From an uncultured Nitrososphaerota archaeon (GTDB lineage Archaea > Thermoproteota > Nitrososphaeria > Nitrososphaerales > Gagatemarchaeaceae), in the NCBI GenBank assembly GCA_963838925.1, contig CAWISW010000003.1:448001-512000 (forward strand): 64,000 nucleotides of DNA, written 5' to 3'. The translations under genes and the position numbers were made by a program. Positions 1 to 9,751 of this stretch are shown piece after piece. Below the pieces are notes generated by a model, which was not told the origin of the DNA, did no database searches, and was given only the letters and a program-made list of their open reading frames with translations. Each line of letters begins with the position of its first letter. The first letter of the stretch is position 1.

Positions 1-745
1 AGCAGTTGTTGCTTTCATTGCACGTGTAATTCCCTTGCGTCCCTGTTTGGACGACCTCGCCTGTGCCGCTTATGGAACCTCCTCCGTCGTACGTGCTGTT
101 TTGGAGTCCCACCCATGAATCAAAGAGACATTCGGTGTTGGAGTCATACCCCGTCGAAACACATTTGGGTTCTCCACTGCCCGAGGGCTGGTAAAGAGTA
201 GGGGCGTACCAATTAGAACTGGCATAATCCACCGCTTGCGACTCTGCTGAGTTATTCGCAATTGCATATCCTGAATAGGTGTAAGTCGGACCTGTTGCTA
301 TTGCCGTCGCGTATGCGATCCCGTGCCTTGTAACGTTATAGATAATGCCCAATGTGGGATTTTCTTCTACGGTCAAGATGTAGTTGTGCCCCTGACTATT
401 AGTCAGTAGGAAGTTCGCTGCCGCATCATGCCAAGAGATTGAGCAATTTGTTACGTTCGCTGACCACTCATTCGCAAACCCTGAAAAACTTGCGTTGAAT
501 CCATTCACAGCTGTTTTGAACGCCGTAGATTGAAGAGCGAAGTCCTGTAAAGCTTCCGAACTAACCTGGTCTCCAGCATCGACGATCTTGGAGGACAGCA
601 TCTGACTTGTGCAGTTTCCAGCCGTGTCAGCCGACGCTGAGCTTACCATAGTCAGCATTGCGATTGGAGAAATGATTAGGAGAAAGAGCATCAGAATTGG
701 AACGGTTCTTGCCCCGGACCCTTGAGTATTGAACGCAGAGGCCAC
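1..745 (-). CDS. Secreted G1-family (eqolisin-like) glutamic peptidase-like protein, runs off left edge
   Basis: Not in ORF track. Manual translation from GTG at 745 stays open to position 1: hydrophobic signal (ILMLFLLIISPIAMLTMVSSASA), then YSGY..ASSNWYAP..DSWVGLQ..VVQTGT, matching G1 motifs WSGY / W-x-VP / S-x-WVG / QTG. Confidence 0.65.
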   Translation of the reverse strand, partial: MASAFNTQGSGARTVPILMLFLLIISPIAMLTMVSSASADTAGNCTSQMLSSKIVDAGDQVSSEALQDFALQSTAFKTAVNGFNASFSGFANEWSANVTNCSISWHDAAANFLLTNSQGHNYILTVEENPTLGIIYNVTRHGIAYATAIATGPTYTYSGYAIANNSAESQAVDYASSNWYAPTLYQPSGSGEPKCVSTGYDSNTECLFDSWVGLQNSTYDGGGSISGTGEVVQTGTQGNYTCNESNNC

Positions 746-1585
746 ATGTTACTAATGAAGTTCCCCACGTTTAATTCTTGTGAAATGATGTTCTACATCG
801 TTTTCTCCTATAGTAGTCTGCAACTTTACAGTCCCTTCGAGCACTTGGCGATTTAATGCGCCTTTTTTGTTACGATACAGTTCCGAGTTCGGCGCTGTGA
901 CGTTTATTTTACGGTGCCAGAGGTTCCGTGCCGCAAGGGCGGTCATCTTTTGGCCGACTTCAAACCTCATTACTATTCGTATGGTTTCTGTGTATACACA
1001 TCTAGCAGAATCTGCGGTTTCGGACTTCTGGCCCTGGAAAAATGTCACGGCACCAACTCCATCTCTAGGAGTACTCCTGATGGGAGCAAACCAAAACGGC
1101 TTACGCCTGCCTCGCCGGGGCAAACCCTAGAAAACCGACGACGACCCGCAGGTTTCGCCGCTCCGATGGGAAATCATCCACGCAAGCGTGTCATCAAACT
1201 TTTTGTCGTTTGACCACTGGAGCCTGTTGCCATGCCTGTCTAGGATACGTCCCCTCGGCCGTCGCCATTCTTATGTTCTGATTGAAGTCTGCCGTCAAAG
1301 GACATGGGGGCCATTCCTGTGGAGGAATATCCCTCGCAATTCTCAGTGGATTTTAAATAGGCAAGCCATGTTATCATCGAGTTGCTGGAAAGAACCATGT
1401 CGAGGAAAAGCCTGGTTCACCACCATTTAGTGGCAGGGACCGGCGGGTCTGCCACCATTCTTGGCGAAGACTCTTCCTACTTTTTCCACCCTCCGCGCTC
1501 GACCACGGAAGCGATTCTCAATGTGTAGAAACGTGTCTGTGTGTTATTAGGCAGCGCCCCCTCTCAATGTCCAGGTAGAATACCA

Positions 1586-2182
1586 ATGCAAAACGTCGGC
1601 TACAGACCCGCAGTCACCAACACTGTGTTCGCGGGAGTGACAATCGTCCTGATAATCATCGCCGCGGCAGGCTTCGGCCTTTACGCGACAAAGACCGCAA
1701 CCACGGCGACCTCAACAGTGACCGAGACGATGACCGCCTCGGCAGCGGCATCTACTGGAAGCTCACAGTTGCTCGTCGCGATATGGAACACCAATGCAGG
1801 GGACACGCTCCCTGCCCCGACTGTTACGGTGACCGCTCAGACTGCCGGAGCCACGGTCACGCCTTCAAGTGCGAACCCACCAGGCATATCCCCCGGCAAC
1901 ATAGCGACCTACGGCTACACAATCACGGGGGCGGTTGCGGGCTCACTACCGATCGTCGTATCCATAACGAACAATAGCGGAGTTGCATATGACCCGAACG
2001 TCGCGGTTGTGTCCAGCACTCCTGGGGCAATGGTCACGCCGGCAAGTACCAACCCGACATCCGTATCAGCAAGTAGCACGCAGTCCTTCGACTTCGCGGT
2101 CACAGGAGGAGGAACAGGCCTCATCACGATCAGCCTTTCGTTTCCAGGCCCAGGCCCCATCAGCGTCGCAATATCCATTTAG
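1586..2182 (+). CDS. Membrane-anchored Thr/Ser-rich surface protein
   Basis: MQNVGYRPAV followed by a hydrophobic helix, a Thr-rich linker and two internally similar beta-rich repeats (GATVTPSSANP / GAMVTPASTNP). ORF track starts at 1541. Confidence 0.6.
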   Translation: MQNVGYRPAVTNTVFAGVTIVLIIIAAAGFGLYATKTATTATSTVTETMTASAAASTGSSQLLVAIWNTNAGDTLPAPTVTVTAQTAGATVTPSSANPPGISPGNIATYGYTITGAVAGSLPIVVSITNNSGVAYDPNVAVVSSTPGAMVTPASTNPTSVSASSTQSFDFAVTGGGTGLITISLSFPGPGPISVAISI

Positions 2183-2440
2183 AGCCTATCCCAAGAATGA
2201 CACCCTGGGACTACCGGGCGCGTCGCCTGGACCAATCCAGGCATCCACGCGTCGATCCAATAATCGGTTTGCAGGGACAGCGTCTCTTTACGAGGCCAGA
2301 GCGTTCGAAGCAGTTTCTCCATGCACACTGCTCGCCGCCTTTTGATTGCCGATCTTCGAGCGGCCCAAGCCGAGGAGCCCAATCAATTGGTGGGCTCTGC
2401 CGCCATTTTTAATACCGCCAGACGGCCGGGCCTTGCTGGA

Positions 2441-2572
2441 GCGGGGGTCGCCTAGCCTGGTAGGGCGAAGGATTGCTAATCCTTTGTCCGCAAGGATTCG
2501 TGGGTTCGAATTCGGGGCAGATCTTCGTGGCGGACCTGGTCTGCCCGGACGAGTGTCCCACCCCCCGCGCCA
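2441..2572 (+). tRNA. tRNA-Ser(GCT) with 45-nt intron at position 59/60 (2511-2555); CCA encoded
   Basis: Acceptor GCGGGGG/CCCCCGC, D arm, anticodon arm AAGGA-TTGCTAA-TCCTT, long variable arm, T arm GTGGG/CCCAC interrupted by a bulge-helix-bulge (TTCG/CGAG helix). TTTTAATA box about 30 nt upstream. Confidence 0.92.
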
Positions 2573-2574
2573 TT

Positions 2575-2904
2575 CTATTCTAGCTTGCTGAAGAAGCAGC
2601 TGTGCTTGCCGGTGTGGCAGGCCGGGCCGGTCTGGTCGACGACATAGAGCAGCGTGTCGTTGTCGCAGTCGACAAGTACCCGCCTCACCTTCTGGATGTG
2701 CCCCGAGGTGTCGCCCTTCTTCCAGAGCTCGTTCCTGCTCCTGCTCCAGTAGGTCGCAAGCTTGGTCTTCATGGTCGTCTCGACCGCCTCGCGGTTGGCG
2801 TAGGCCAGCATCAGGACCTTGCCGGTCTTCGCCTCCTGGGTCACGACCGGTACCAGGCCGCTGCCCTTTGCGAAATCGATCTCGTCTATCTTCGACGCTT
2901 TCAA
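2575..2904 (-). CDS. hisI: Phosphoribosyl-AMP cyclohydrolase
   Basis: [29 protein letters not shown] motifs; TTG start overlapping the hisF stop (TTGA). Confidence 0.95.
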   Translation of the reverse strand: MKASKIDEIDFAKGSGLVPVVTQEAKTGKVLMLAYANREAVETTMKTKLATYWSRSRNELWKKGDTSGHIQKVRRVLVDCDNDTLLYVVDQTGPACHTGKHSCFFSKLE

Positions 2905-3659
2905 GGTCTGACCACGACCCCATTCGCCGCCAGATAATCTTTCACCTGCTTGACCGTGAGCTCGCGGTAGTGGAAGAGGGACGCGGCAAGCGCCGCGTCG
3001 CACCCGCCGTCGACGAAGGCCTCCAGGAAGTGCCTCAGCGTCCCTGCGCCTCCGCTCGCCACCACCGGGATCCTGACCTTCTGCGTGATCGACCTAAGCA
3101 GCCCGATGTCGTATCCCATCTTCGTGCCGTCGCGGTCTATCGAGGTGACCAGCAGCTCTCCGGCCCCGAGCTCCGCTGCCCTCTGAGCCCACGCGACCGC
3201 GTCGACGCCGGCCGACCTCGTCGCCGAGTGGCTGAAGACCTGGTACCCGTCCTTCACCCTCCTCGCGTCTATGGCGACCACGACGCACTGCGATCCGAAG
3301 ACGTCCGCTAGCTTGGTGATGAGCCCTGGCTGCCTCAGGGCCGCGGTGTTGACCGCCACCTTGTCCGCCCCGCTCGCCAAGGCCAGCCTCGCGTCCGCCA
3401 TGCTCCTTATCCCGCCTCCCACGGTGAACGGGATGTCGAGGCTCGCGGCGACGCTCCTCACGAGGGAGCGCATGGTCGCCCTCTTCTCGAGGCTCGCGGT
3501 GATGTCTAGGAAGACCACCTCGTCAGCGCCCTCGTCCCTGTATCTGGAGGAGAGCTCGACCGGGTCTCCCGCGTCCCTCAATCCCTCGAACTTGACTCCC
3601 TTCACCACCCTGCCCGCCTTGACGTCCAGGCAGGGCACTATCCGCTTCGCGAGGGTCAT
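2901..3659 (-). CDS. hisF: Imidazole glycerol phosphate synthase cyclase subunit
   Basis: [43 protein letters not shown]. Confidence 0.97.
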   Translation of the reverse strand: MTLAKRIVPCLDVKAGRVVKGVKFEGLRDAGDPVELSSRYRDEGADEVVFLDITASLEKRATMRSLVRSVAASLDIPFTVGGGIRSMADARLALASGADKVAVNTAALRQPGLITKLADVFGSQCVVVAIDARRVKDGYQVFSHSATRSAGVDAVAWAQRAAELGAGELLVTSIDRDGTKMGYDIGLLRSITQKVRIPVVASGGAGTLRHFLEAFVDGGCDAALAASLFHYRELTVKQVKDYLAANGVVVRP

Positions 3660-4387
3660 CTCAGGGTGCCTCCTATCGCCGCCTTCGCGTCGCCTAGCTC
3701 TATGGTGCCGTCGTAGAGGGCCCGTCCCATGATCGCCCCAGCCGCGCCTCTCCTCTCTATCTCGATGAGGTCGTGCAGGTTCCTTATTCCGCCGGACGCC
3801 AGGACCCTCAGCTTCTTGCTGAAGGCGCAGAGAACCCTCAGCGTCTCCAGGTCGGGCCCCGTCGCCATCCCGTCCCTCCCGACCGCGGTGGTCAGCAGGT
3901 TGACGACCCCCGCCTCCTCGAACCTCCTGGCAGCCTCGAGGACCCCTACGCCCTGGCTCGAGGTCCAGCCGCTCGTCACGACCTTGCCGTCAGAATAGTC
4001 CGAGGCCACGACTATCTTCTCCGGCCCTCTTTGTCTCAGGAGATCCGAGAGCGTCTCTGGCTCCTTGTACGCGAGCGTCCCTAGGATCACTCTGGCGGCG
4101 CCAGACCCCAGCCACGACTCCGCCGCCGCCCGCGACCTCACCCCGCCCCCCACCTCGACGGGGATCTTCGCCCTCTCGATGATCTTCGATATCGTCTTGC
4201 CGTTGGACCCCTTGCCGAAGGCGGCGTCGAGGTCGATGATGTGGAGCCCGTCCGCGCCCTCCTGCTCCCATCTCGCGGCGACTTCGACGGCCCCATCCTC
4301 CCACGTCGTCTTCATCTCCTCCTTCCCCTGCTTGAGGGTCACGACCGACCCGGAGAGCAGGTCTATCGCGGCCCAGAGTTCAAGCAA
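3656..4387 (-). CDS. hisA: ProFAR isomerase
   Basis: AIDL..G.VV.L.QG, LHIIDLDAA, VGGGVRS, ASGGI; operon context. Confidence 0.95.
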   Translation of the reverse strand: MLELWAAIDLLSGSVVTLKQGKEEMKTTWEDGAVEVAARWEQEGADGLHIIDLDAAFGKGSNGKTISKIIERAKIPVEVGGGVRSRAAAESWLGSGAARVILGTLAYKEPETLSDLLRQRGPEKIVVASDYSDGKVVTSGWTSSQGVGVLEAARRFEEAGVVNLLTTAVGRDGMATGPDLETLRVLCAFSKKLRVLASGGIRNLHDLIEIERRGAAGAIMGRALYDGTIELGDAKAAIGGTLR

Positions 4388-4393
4388 GACGGC

Positions 4394-4990
4394 TTACCTC
4401 TTCACCGCTCTCAAGAAGTTCTTGAGGATGAGCCCGCCCGCCTCCCCCGACTTCTCCGGGTGGAACTGCGTGCCGTAGACGTTCTTCTCGCTCACCAGAG
4501 CGGGAAACTCGACGCCGTACTCGGTCGTCGCGACGACCCACTTCCCCTTCGTCGCCGGGTAGAAGGAGTTCACGTAGTAGACCCACGACTCCTCGCCGAG
4601 GCCCTCGGTCAGCTCGGACTCCCTCCTCACGGTGAGCGTGTTCCACCCGATCTGGGGGACCTTCACGGCGAACGAGCGGAACTTCTTGACCTCGCCAGGG
4701 AAGAGCGAGAGCCCCCTGCCCGCGCCCTCCTCGCTCTTCGAGAAGAAGAGCTGGAGCCCGAGGCACACCCCGAGCAGCGGCTTGCCCGCGTCGACCGCGT
4801 CTCGGATCTTTCGCATCGGCAGCATCTTGGCTGCCTGGTTGAAGCTGCCCACTCCCGGAAGCACCACCGCGTCCGCCTCGCCGAGCCGCTTCCCGTCCTT
4901 GGTGAGCGCGGTCTTCGCCCCTTGCTTCCTCAGGGCGGCCTGTATGCTGAAGAGGTTCCCGGCGCCGTAGTTGAATATCTCTATGCGCAT
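4394..4990 (-). CDS. hisH: Imidazole glycerol phosphate synthase glutaminase subunit
   Basis: YGAGNL.S, LPGVGSF, GVCLGLQ, VPQIGWN, QFHPEKSG. Confidence 0.96.
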   Translation of the reverse strand: MRIEIFNYGAGNLFSIQAALRKQGAKTALTKDGKRLGEADAVVLPGVGSFNQAAKMLPMRKIRDAVDAGKPLLGVCLGLQLFFSKSEEGAGRGLSLFPGEVKKFRSFAVKVPQIGWNTLTVRRESELTEGLGEESWVYYVNSFYPATKGKWVVATTEYGVEFPALVSEKNVYGTQFHPEKSGEAGGLILKNFLRAVKR

Positions 4991-5000
4991 GCCGCTCCGC

Positions 5001-5591
5001 TCACATCGACCCCTTGGACGAGGGAGGGGCCTTGATCTTGGCGCGCCGGGGGTCAGGGGCGACTGCCTCCCGGAGGGCCAGGGCGAACGCCTTGACGGCG
5101 GCCTCGAACATGTGGTGGTCGTTGCTCCCTTCGAGGACCTTGATGTGGATGGTCGCCTCCAGGGCTTGCGCTATGGAGCCGAAGAAGTGCTCGAGGTCCT
5201 CCCTCGGGGCGTCCTCGAGCATGACCCTCTGCAGCTTCAGGTCGACTACGGAGTAGGGTCGCTTGACCAGGTCGACCGAGGCCAGGGCGAGGGCGTCGTC
5301 CATGGGCACGACGGCGTCCCCGAACCTCCGTATCCCCACCCTGTCGCCGAGGGCCTTTCCGATGGCCTTGCCCAGCGTTATCGCGACGTCTTCGACGACG
5401 TGGTGCTGGAGGTCTCCCTTCGCCGTCACGGTGACGTCGATCAGGCTGTGGGTGGCGAGCGACTCGACCATGTGGTCGAGGAACCTGACGCCCGTCTTCG
5501 CGCTCGACTTGCCCGTCCCGTCGTCCAGCCTCACGCGGACGGTGATGTCCGTCTCCTTCGTCTTCCTGGTGACCTCAGCTGTTCTCTTCAA
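5001..5591 (-). CDS. hisB: Imidazoleglycerol-phosphate dehydratase
   Basis: RKTKETDI, FLDHM, HHVVED, PMDDALA, NDHH..EA. Confidence 0.96.
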   Translation of the reverse strand: MKRTAEVTRKTKETDITVRVRLDDGTGKSSAKTGVRFLDHMVESLATHSLIDVTVTAKGDLQHHVVEDVAITLGKAIGKALGDRVGIRRFGDAVVPMDDALALASVDLVKRPYSVVDLKLQRVMLEDAPREDLEHFFGSIAQALEATIHIKVLEGSNDHHMFEAAVKAFALALREAVAPDPRRAKIKAPPSSKGSM

Positions 5592-6694
5592 TCTTCTCGT
5601 GCCCCATCGCTCTTCGGCGCCAGCAATAACCCTGACGGGAGGCGGTTCACGGTCTCGACCACGACGTCCGAGCCCTCCCGCTGGAAGAACGACGCCTGGT
5701 CTGCCCGCGCCGACGTCTCGTAGACCCCCGCGAAGAGGAACCCCTTGAGCCCCTTCCGCCTCGCGTTCTGGACCATCATGAGGTCCTCCGCGGAGTCGCC
5801 CACGTAGAGGAGCGTCTCCGAGGAGAGCTTCTCCTGCGCCCGCACGAGGGCCTTCGGGCTGGGCTTCCTGTATCCGTCGTACTCCGCCCGGAGCGAGGGG
5901 TCGATGTCGGCGTCCCCGATGAACATCGACGCGTCCATGTCGAAGTACCGCATGATCTCCTTGCCCAGCGAGTGCTCCGTCCCGAGGAACGGCCTCCCGG
6001 TGACCATCGCGAGCCGCCCGTCGCCGAGCCTCTCCCCAAGGGATTCCAGGGTCTTCCTGCTGACGAGCGTCCGCTCCAGCTCGATGAGCCCCTTGGCGCG
6101 CGGGTCGCTCGCTCGGACGCCGTGGACCTTCTCGAAGAGCGAGCCTCCGAAGTACAGCTCGTCGAAGACGGTCGTCAGCCGGCCCTGCGGCGGCGTCGAC
6201 GGGTACCCGAGGTACTCGCGAGACTTGTCGAGGCTGTCCTTCATCGAGGGGAACTCCGACTCTAGGAACGAGTCGACCGCCAGCTGTCCTCTCCCGCGTG
6301 GGGAAGAGCCGAACCCCGCCGTCACTCCAGCCAGCGCCTCGACCGCGCCGGAGCCCTTAGAGTCGCGCCCTGCCCTGCGCTGTGCCAGGGCGACGAGCGA
6401 GAAGAGGGTGAGCGCGTAGGTGGTGTCCCAGTCGCTGTTGAACCCGCCTGTCCTCCTGATCGTCGCGATGAGCCCCGGGGTCGCCCTAGCAAGGCGGAGC
6501 CTTACCCCGGTCATCCCCTCGACCATGGTCTCGACCACCACCCTGATGGTCGCGTCGTATGACCTCCTCGCGTCGATGAGCACGCCGTCGCAGTCAAAGA
6601 CCACGGCGTCCACCTTGCCGAGGAGCGCGCTACTCGACCTGTTGACTTGCAGCAGGCCCCCTCTGGGCGTCGGCACGCGCAGGTACTGGCTCAT
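5588..6694 (-). CDS. HAD-superfamily hydrolase (candidate histidinol-phosphatase)
   Basis: FDCDGVL, VTGR, KPSP and YVGDS.ED HAD motifs; overlaps hisD and hisB. Confidence 0.8.
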   Translation of the reverse strand: MSQYLRVPTPRGGLLQVNRSSSALLGKVDAVVFDCDGVLIDARRSYDATIRVVVETMVEGMTGVRLRLARATPGLIATIRRTGGFNSDWDTTYALTLFSLVALAQRRAGRDSKGSGAVEALAGVTAGFGSSPRGRGQLAVDSFLESEFPSMKDSLDKSREYLGYPSTPPQGRLTTVFDELYFGGSLFEKVHGVRASDPRAKGLIELERTLVSRKTLESLGERLGDGRLAMVTGRPFLGTEHSLGKEIMRYFDMDASMFIGDADIDPSLRAEYDGYRKPSPKALVRAQEKLSSETLLYVGDSAEDLMMVQNARRKGLKGFLFAGVYETSARADQASFFQREGSDVVVETVNRLPSGLLLAPKSDGARED

Positions 6695-8010
6695 CGCTTC
6701 CTGAACCTCGCCTGCGCCGACAGGAAGTGGTTCGGCAGGCCCTCGGCCGTCGCGAGCTCCTTGAGCGACGGGAGCAGCTCCCTCAGGCCCTGCTTCGTGC
6801 CGCTCACGACCCAGCTCACCTTCACAAAGTCTAGGGCGGTCAGCCCCGCGCGGAGCCTCGCCACCCCCTCGGTGGGGAGCACGTGGTCAGTCCCGATGAC
6901 GTAATCGCTCGCCGCACCGGGCGCGTACGCGCCGGTCAGGATCAGCCCTGCGTTGGAGATCGACTCGGAGATCGACGGGTCCTCGACCATCAGCTCGAGG
7001 TGCTCCGGCGCCAGCGAGTTCACCAGCTCTATCGCGGTTTCCCGGTCCTTGCAGAGGGCTGTGAACCCGCGCCTCAGGCATCCGAGCACGAAGTCCTTCC
7101 TCTCAAGAGTGGGCGAGACCTGCTCGACGACCCTCCTGACGTCCTTCGCCAGCTTCGCGTCCCAGGTGACGAGGCCGCAGAGGCTGTCTTGTCCGTGCTC
7201 GGCCTGGGCCATGAGGTCCCACGCCGCGAGCCGCGCGTCCGCGTCGCCGTCCCCCACCACCACCATCTCAGTCGGCCCCGCGAGGAAGTCGATCGGGACG
7301 TCTGCGGATACGATCTTCTTCGCCGCCGAGACGTACAGGCCGCCGGGGCCCACTATCTTCGAGACCTTGGAGATGCTCTTGGTGCCGTACGCGAGCGCGG
7401 CGATCGACTGCGCGCCCCCTACCCGGTAGACCTCGTCGACGCCGCACAGCTTGGCGGCCGCCAGGATTGCGTCGCTGACCCTCGCTCCCTTCCCGTCCAT
7501 CCCGCCCGAAGGAGGAGAGCAGAGCACGACCCTCTTGACGCCCGCGAGCTTGGCGACCCCGGCGGTCATCAGAACGGTGCTGGCATACGACGCCCTCCCG
7601 CCGGGGATGTAGCAGCCCACCGAGTCGAGCGGCCGCGCGACGCAGCGGATCGCGTACCCGTCGGACACGTATGAGAACTGGAGCCTCCCCAGGAGCTGCC
7701 CCTGAGTCCTCTGGATGCGCTTGAGTGAGAACCGCATCGCGTCCAGGAGCTTGGGGCTCACCCTCCTGGAGGCCGCCTCGATCTCCTCCTTCGAGACCGC
7801 CAGCTCGCCGCCGCTGAGCGCCACGCCTTCCAGCTCCTCGGAGTAGCGAAGGAGCGCCGCGTCCCCCTTCTCCTTCACGGTCCGGACTATCCTCTCGGCT
7901 CCCTTGATTGCGGCTGACAGGCCGTCCGGCCTCGCCCTGATCCTCTCGGCTATCTTCTTGGCGTCTGTTTTCTTGTCGACTCGAATCAGGGGGAGTAGCT
8001 CGCTACTCAT
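6691..8010 (-). CDS. hisD: Histidinol dehydrogenase
   Basis: GCYIPGG, GGAQSIAALAYG, KIVGPG, AGPTE, QAEHG, APEHLE, GTDHVLPT. Confidence 0.96.
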   Translation of the reverse strand: MSSELLPLIRVDKKTDAKKIAERIRARPDGLSAAIKGAERIVRTVKEKGDAALLRYSEELEGVALSGGELAVSKEEIEAASRRVSPKLLDAMRFSLKRIQRTQGQLLGRLQFSYVSDGYAIRCVARPLDSVGCYIPGGRASYASTVLMTAGVAKLAGVKRVVLCSPPSGGMDGKGARVSDAILAAAKLCGVDEVYRVGGAQSIAALAYGTKSISKVSKIVGPGGLYVSAAKKIVSADVPIDFLAGPTEMVVVGDGDADARLAAWDLMAQAEHGQDSLCGLVTWDAKLAKDVRRVVEQVSPTLERKDFVLGCLRRGFTALCKDRETAIELVNSLAPEHLELMVEDPSISESISNAGLILTGAYAPGAASDYVIGTDHVLPTEGVARLRAGLTALDFVKVSWVVSGTKQGLRELLPSLKELATAEGLPNHFLSAQARFRKR

Positions 8011-8986
8011 TCCCTTCCCCGAACTCCTCGAGCGAGAGGATGTTCTGCGGCTCATGGATCACCAGGCCCTGAGCCAGCTTCTTCAAGGTGGGGAGCATGG
8101 CGTGCAGGTCCTTCTTGCTGATCACGGTGTTGACGTCGTACCACCCCTTCTCGGACAGAGGGCTGATCGTAGGGCGCTTGAGGGCTGGGAGCTGCTTGAG
8201 GAGCTTGTCGAGGTTCTTCTCCCTGACGTTCACGAAGATGTGCAGCCGCTTCTGGCCCTCGACGACTCCGCTCAGCATTATCTTGAGGTCGTAGATCTTC
8301 TCCCTCTTCCAGGGGTCCTTCACCGCCTCCTTGTTCGCCACCAGGCGCGCGGTCGACCTCATGAGCGTCCCGATCTGCTTGAGGTTGTTCTGCTCCAGCG
8401 TCGTCCCGGTCTCGGTGACGTCCACGATCATGTCGACTATCTCCGGCGGCTTCGCCTCCGTCGCGCCGAACGAGAGGTAGACCGCGGCCTTCGGGTTGTC
8501 TCCCTTCCGCCACCAGGGCGTGATTATCATCGGCTCCTTCTTGCCGAACCGCTTCTTGTACGCGGGCTGCGCCTTTAGGTAGTCGGCGGTGATGTTGAGG
8601 TACTCCGCGGAGACCCGGAACTCCTCGCCCTTGCTCCAGAAGCTCTCCATCAGCTCGTTCACGGTGTCGTATGGCTGCGACTTTGGTGTCGCAGCGACCA
8701 GCTTCACGCCGCCGAACTCGAGGTCCAGAACCTCGTCGACCCTGGCTCCAGTCTCCGTGATCCAGTCGATGCCGGTGATGCCGACGTCCTGGATCCCGTC
8801 CGCGACGTAGAGGGGGATCTCCTGCGGCCTTAGGACCCTGAGCTCGACGTCGGGGTCGCCGAACGCGGGACGGTAGCTCCTGTCCTGGCCAGAGATCTTG
8901 TAGTAGGCCTTCTGGAAGATCTCGATGCTCTTCTGGCCGAGGTGACCGTTGGGGATTGTAAGCTTCAGCTTCTTGCTGCTAGGCAT
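8003..8986 (-). CDS. hisG: ATP phosphoribosyltransferase, long form
   Basis: RPQEIP.YVADG..DVGITG.D, GATE, IVDVTETGTTL and C-terminal regulatory domain (LPALKRPTISPL); SD-like GGAGGGTG upstream. Confidence 0.96.
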   Translation of the reverse strand: MPSSKKLKLTIPNGHLGQKSIEIFQKAYYKISGQDRSYRPAFGDPDVELRVLRPQEIPLYVADGIQDVGITGIDWITETGARVDEVLDLEFGGVKLVAATPKSQPYDTVNELMESFWSKGEEFRVSAEYLNITADYLKAQPAYKKRFGKKEPMIITPWWRKGDNPKAAVYLSFGATEAKPPEIVDMIVDVTETGTTLEQNNLKQIGTLMRSTARLVANKEAVKDPWKREKIYDLKIMLSGVVEGQKRLHIFVNVREKNLDKLLKQLPALKRPTISPLSEKGWYDVNTVISKKDLHAMLPTLKKLAQGLVIHEPQNILSLEEFGEGNE

Positions 8987-9058
8987 TTGGCGACCACCCT
9001 CCACTTCCCAGAACGGGAGTAGAAATTCTTGAGCCTTCGGAAGATGCTTTGAAGAAGC

Positions 9059-9139
9059 TTACGCGTGAGCTGAGAAGGTTACTGATGAACAGAACCAGCT
9101 CCAGTCGCCGTGAACTGAATCGCCTTCCATTTGCTCCAC
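9059..9139 (-). CDS. Putative his-operon leader peptide (26 aa, MEQMEGDSVHGDWSWFCSSVTFSAHA)
   Basis: GTG 25 nt after CCCTTAAATA box (9173-9164); His at the penultimate codon; stop about 70 nt before hisG; hairpin overlaps the hisG SD. Confidence 0.5.
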   Translation of the reverse strand: MEQMEGDSVHGDWSWFCSSVTFSAHA

Positions 9140-9201
9140 TTGGATTTTCCGGTCCCAGAATATTATTTAAGGGTTTTTCGATGTCTTCGGGGTTTCTCGT
9201 C

Positions 9202-9636
9202 TCAGGCGGGCTGCAGCAAGGTCGACAGTGGGACCGAGACGTCGCTTTCCAGGTGGGAGATGTGGACAAGCGTGCCGTCCTTCGCCTTGACCATGTGACG
9301 CGTGGTCTTCGGAGGTAACTTTGGCCCCTCAATCGCGGCCCTGATGACGACATCCTTCGGGACGTGCGACTTTCGGTCCTTTGAGAGGACGACCACGTCC
9401 TCGTCCGAATAGTCCACCAGCCAGGCAGGCGCACGCACGGCGCCCAACATCCGCAGCGCGCTCAGCCTGTGGACGCCGTCCAGAACCACCATGGTGTTGG
9501 AGTCCACGATGATCGCCTTCTTCACCACCCCGTTGGACTGCATCTGCCTCATCACCCTCCGCACCCGGTCTGGCTCGGACTCCTCGTGGGTCTTGAGGTC
9601 GGCGATCGGCACGAGCGCGAAGCGGACTGAGACCAA
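9202..9636 (-). CDS. ParB/Sulfiredoxin-like domain protein
   Basis: L..HEE, AIIVD..TMVVLDGVHRL.AL..LG, LPPKTTRH. Confidence 0.8.
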   Translation of the reverse strand: MVSVRFALVPIADLKTHEESEPDRVRRVMRQMQSNGVVKKAIIVDSNTMVVLDGVHRLSALRMLGAVRAPAWLVDYSDEDVVVLSKDRKSHVPKDVVIRAAIEGPKLPPKTTRHMVKAKDGTLVHISHLESDVSVPLSTLLQPA

Positions 9637-9751
9637 ATCGGAACTCTCTTCGAAAGCGTGACGGCCGACGTGATATAAGCCATCGTCAGCCTTCAGGACC
9701 GTTCGGCATTCAATCCAAGACTTATTACCGGCTCGCCCCGACCGAAATTTC

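Noticed and set aside
1235-1244. CCTGTCTAGG matching the reverse complement of the tes stop region (22562-22571)
   Set aside because: Only 10 bp and the flanks do not align; expected by chance.
752-1430. Short overlapping ORFs on both strands
   Set aside because: No motifs or codon bias; probably intergenic or decayed DNA.
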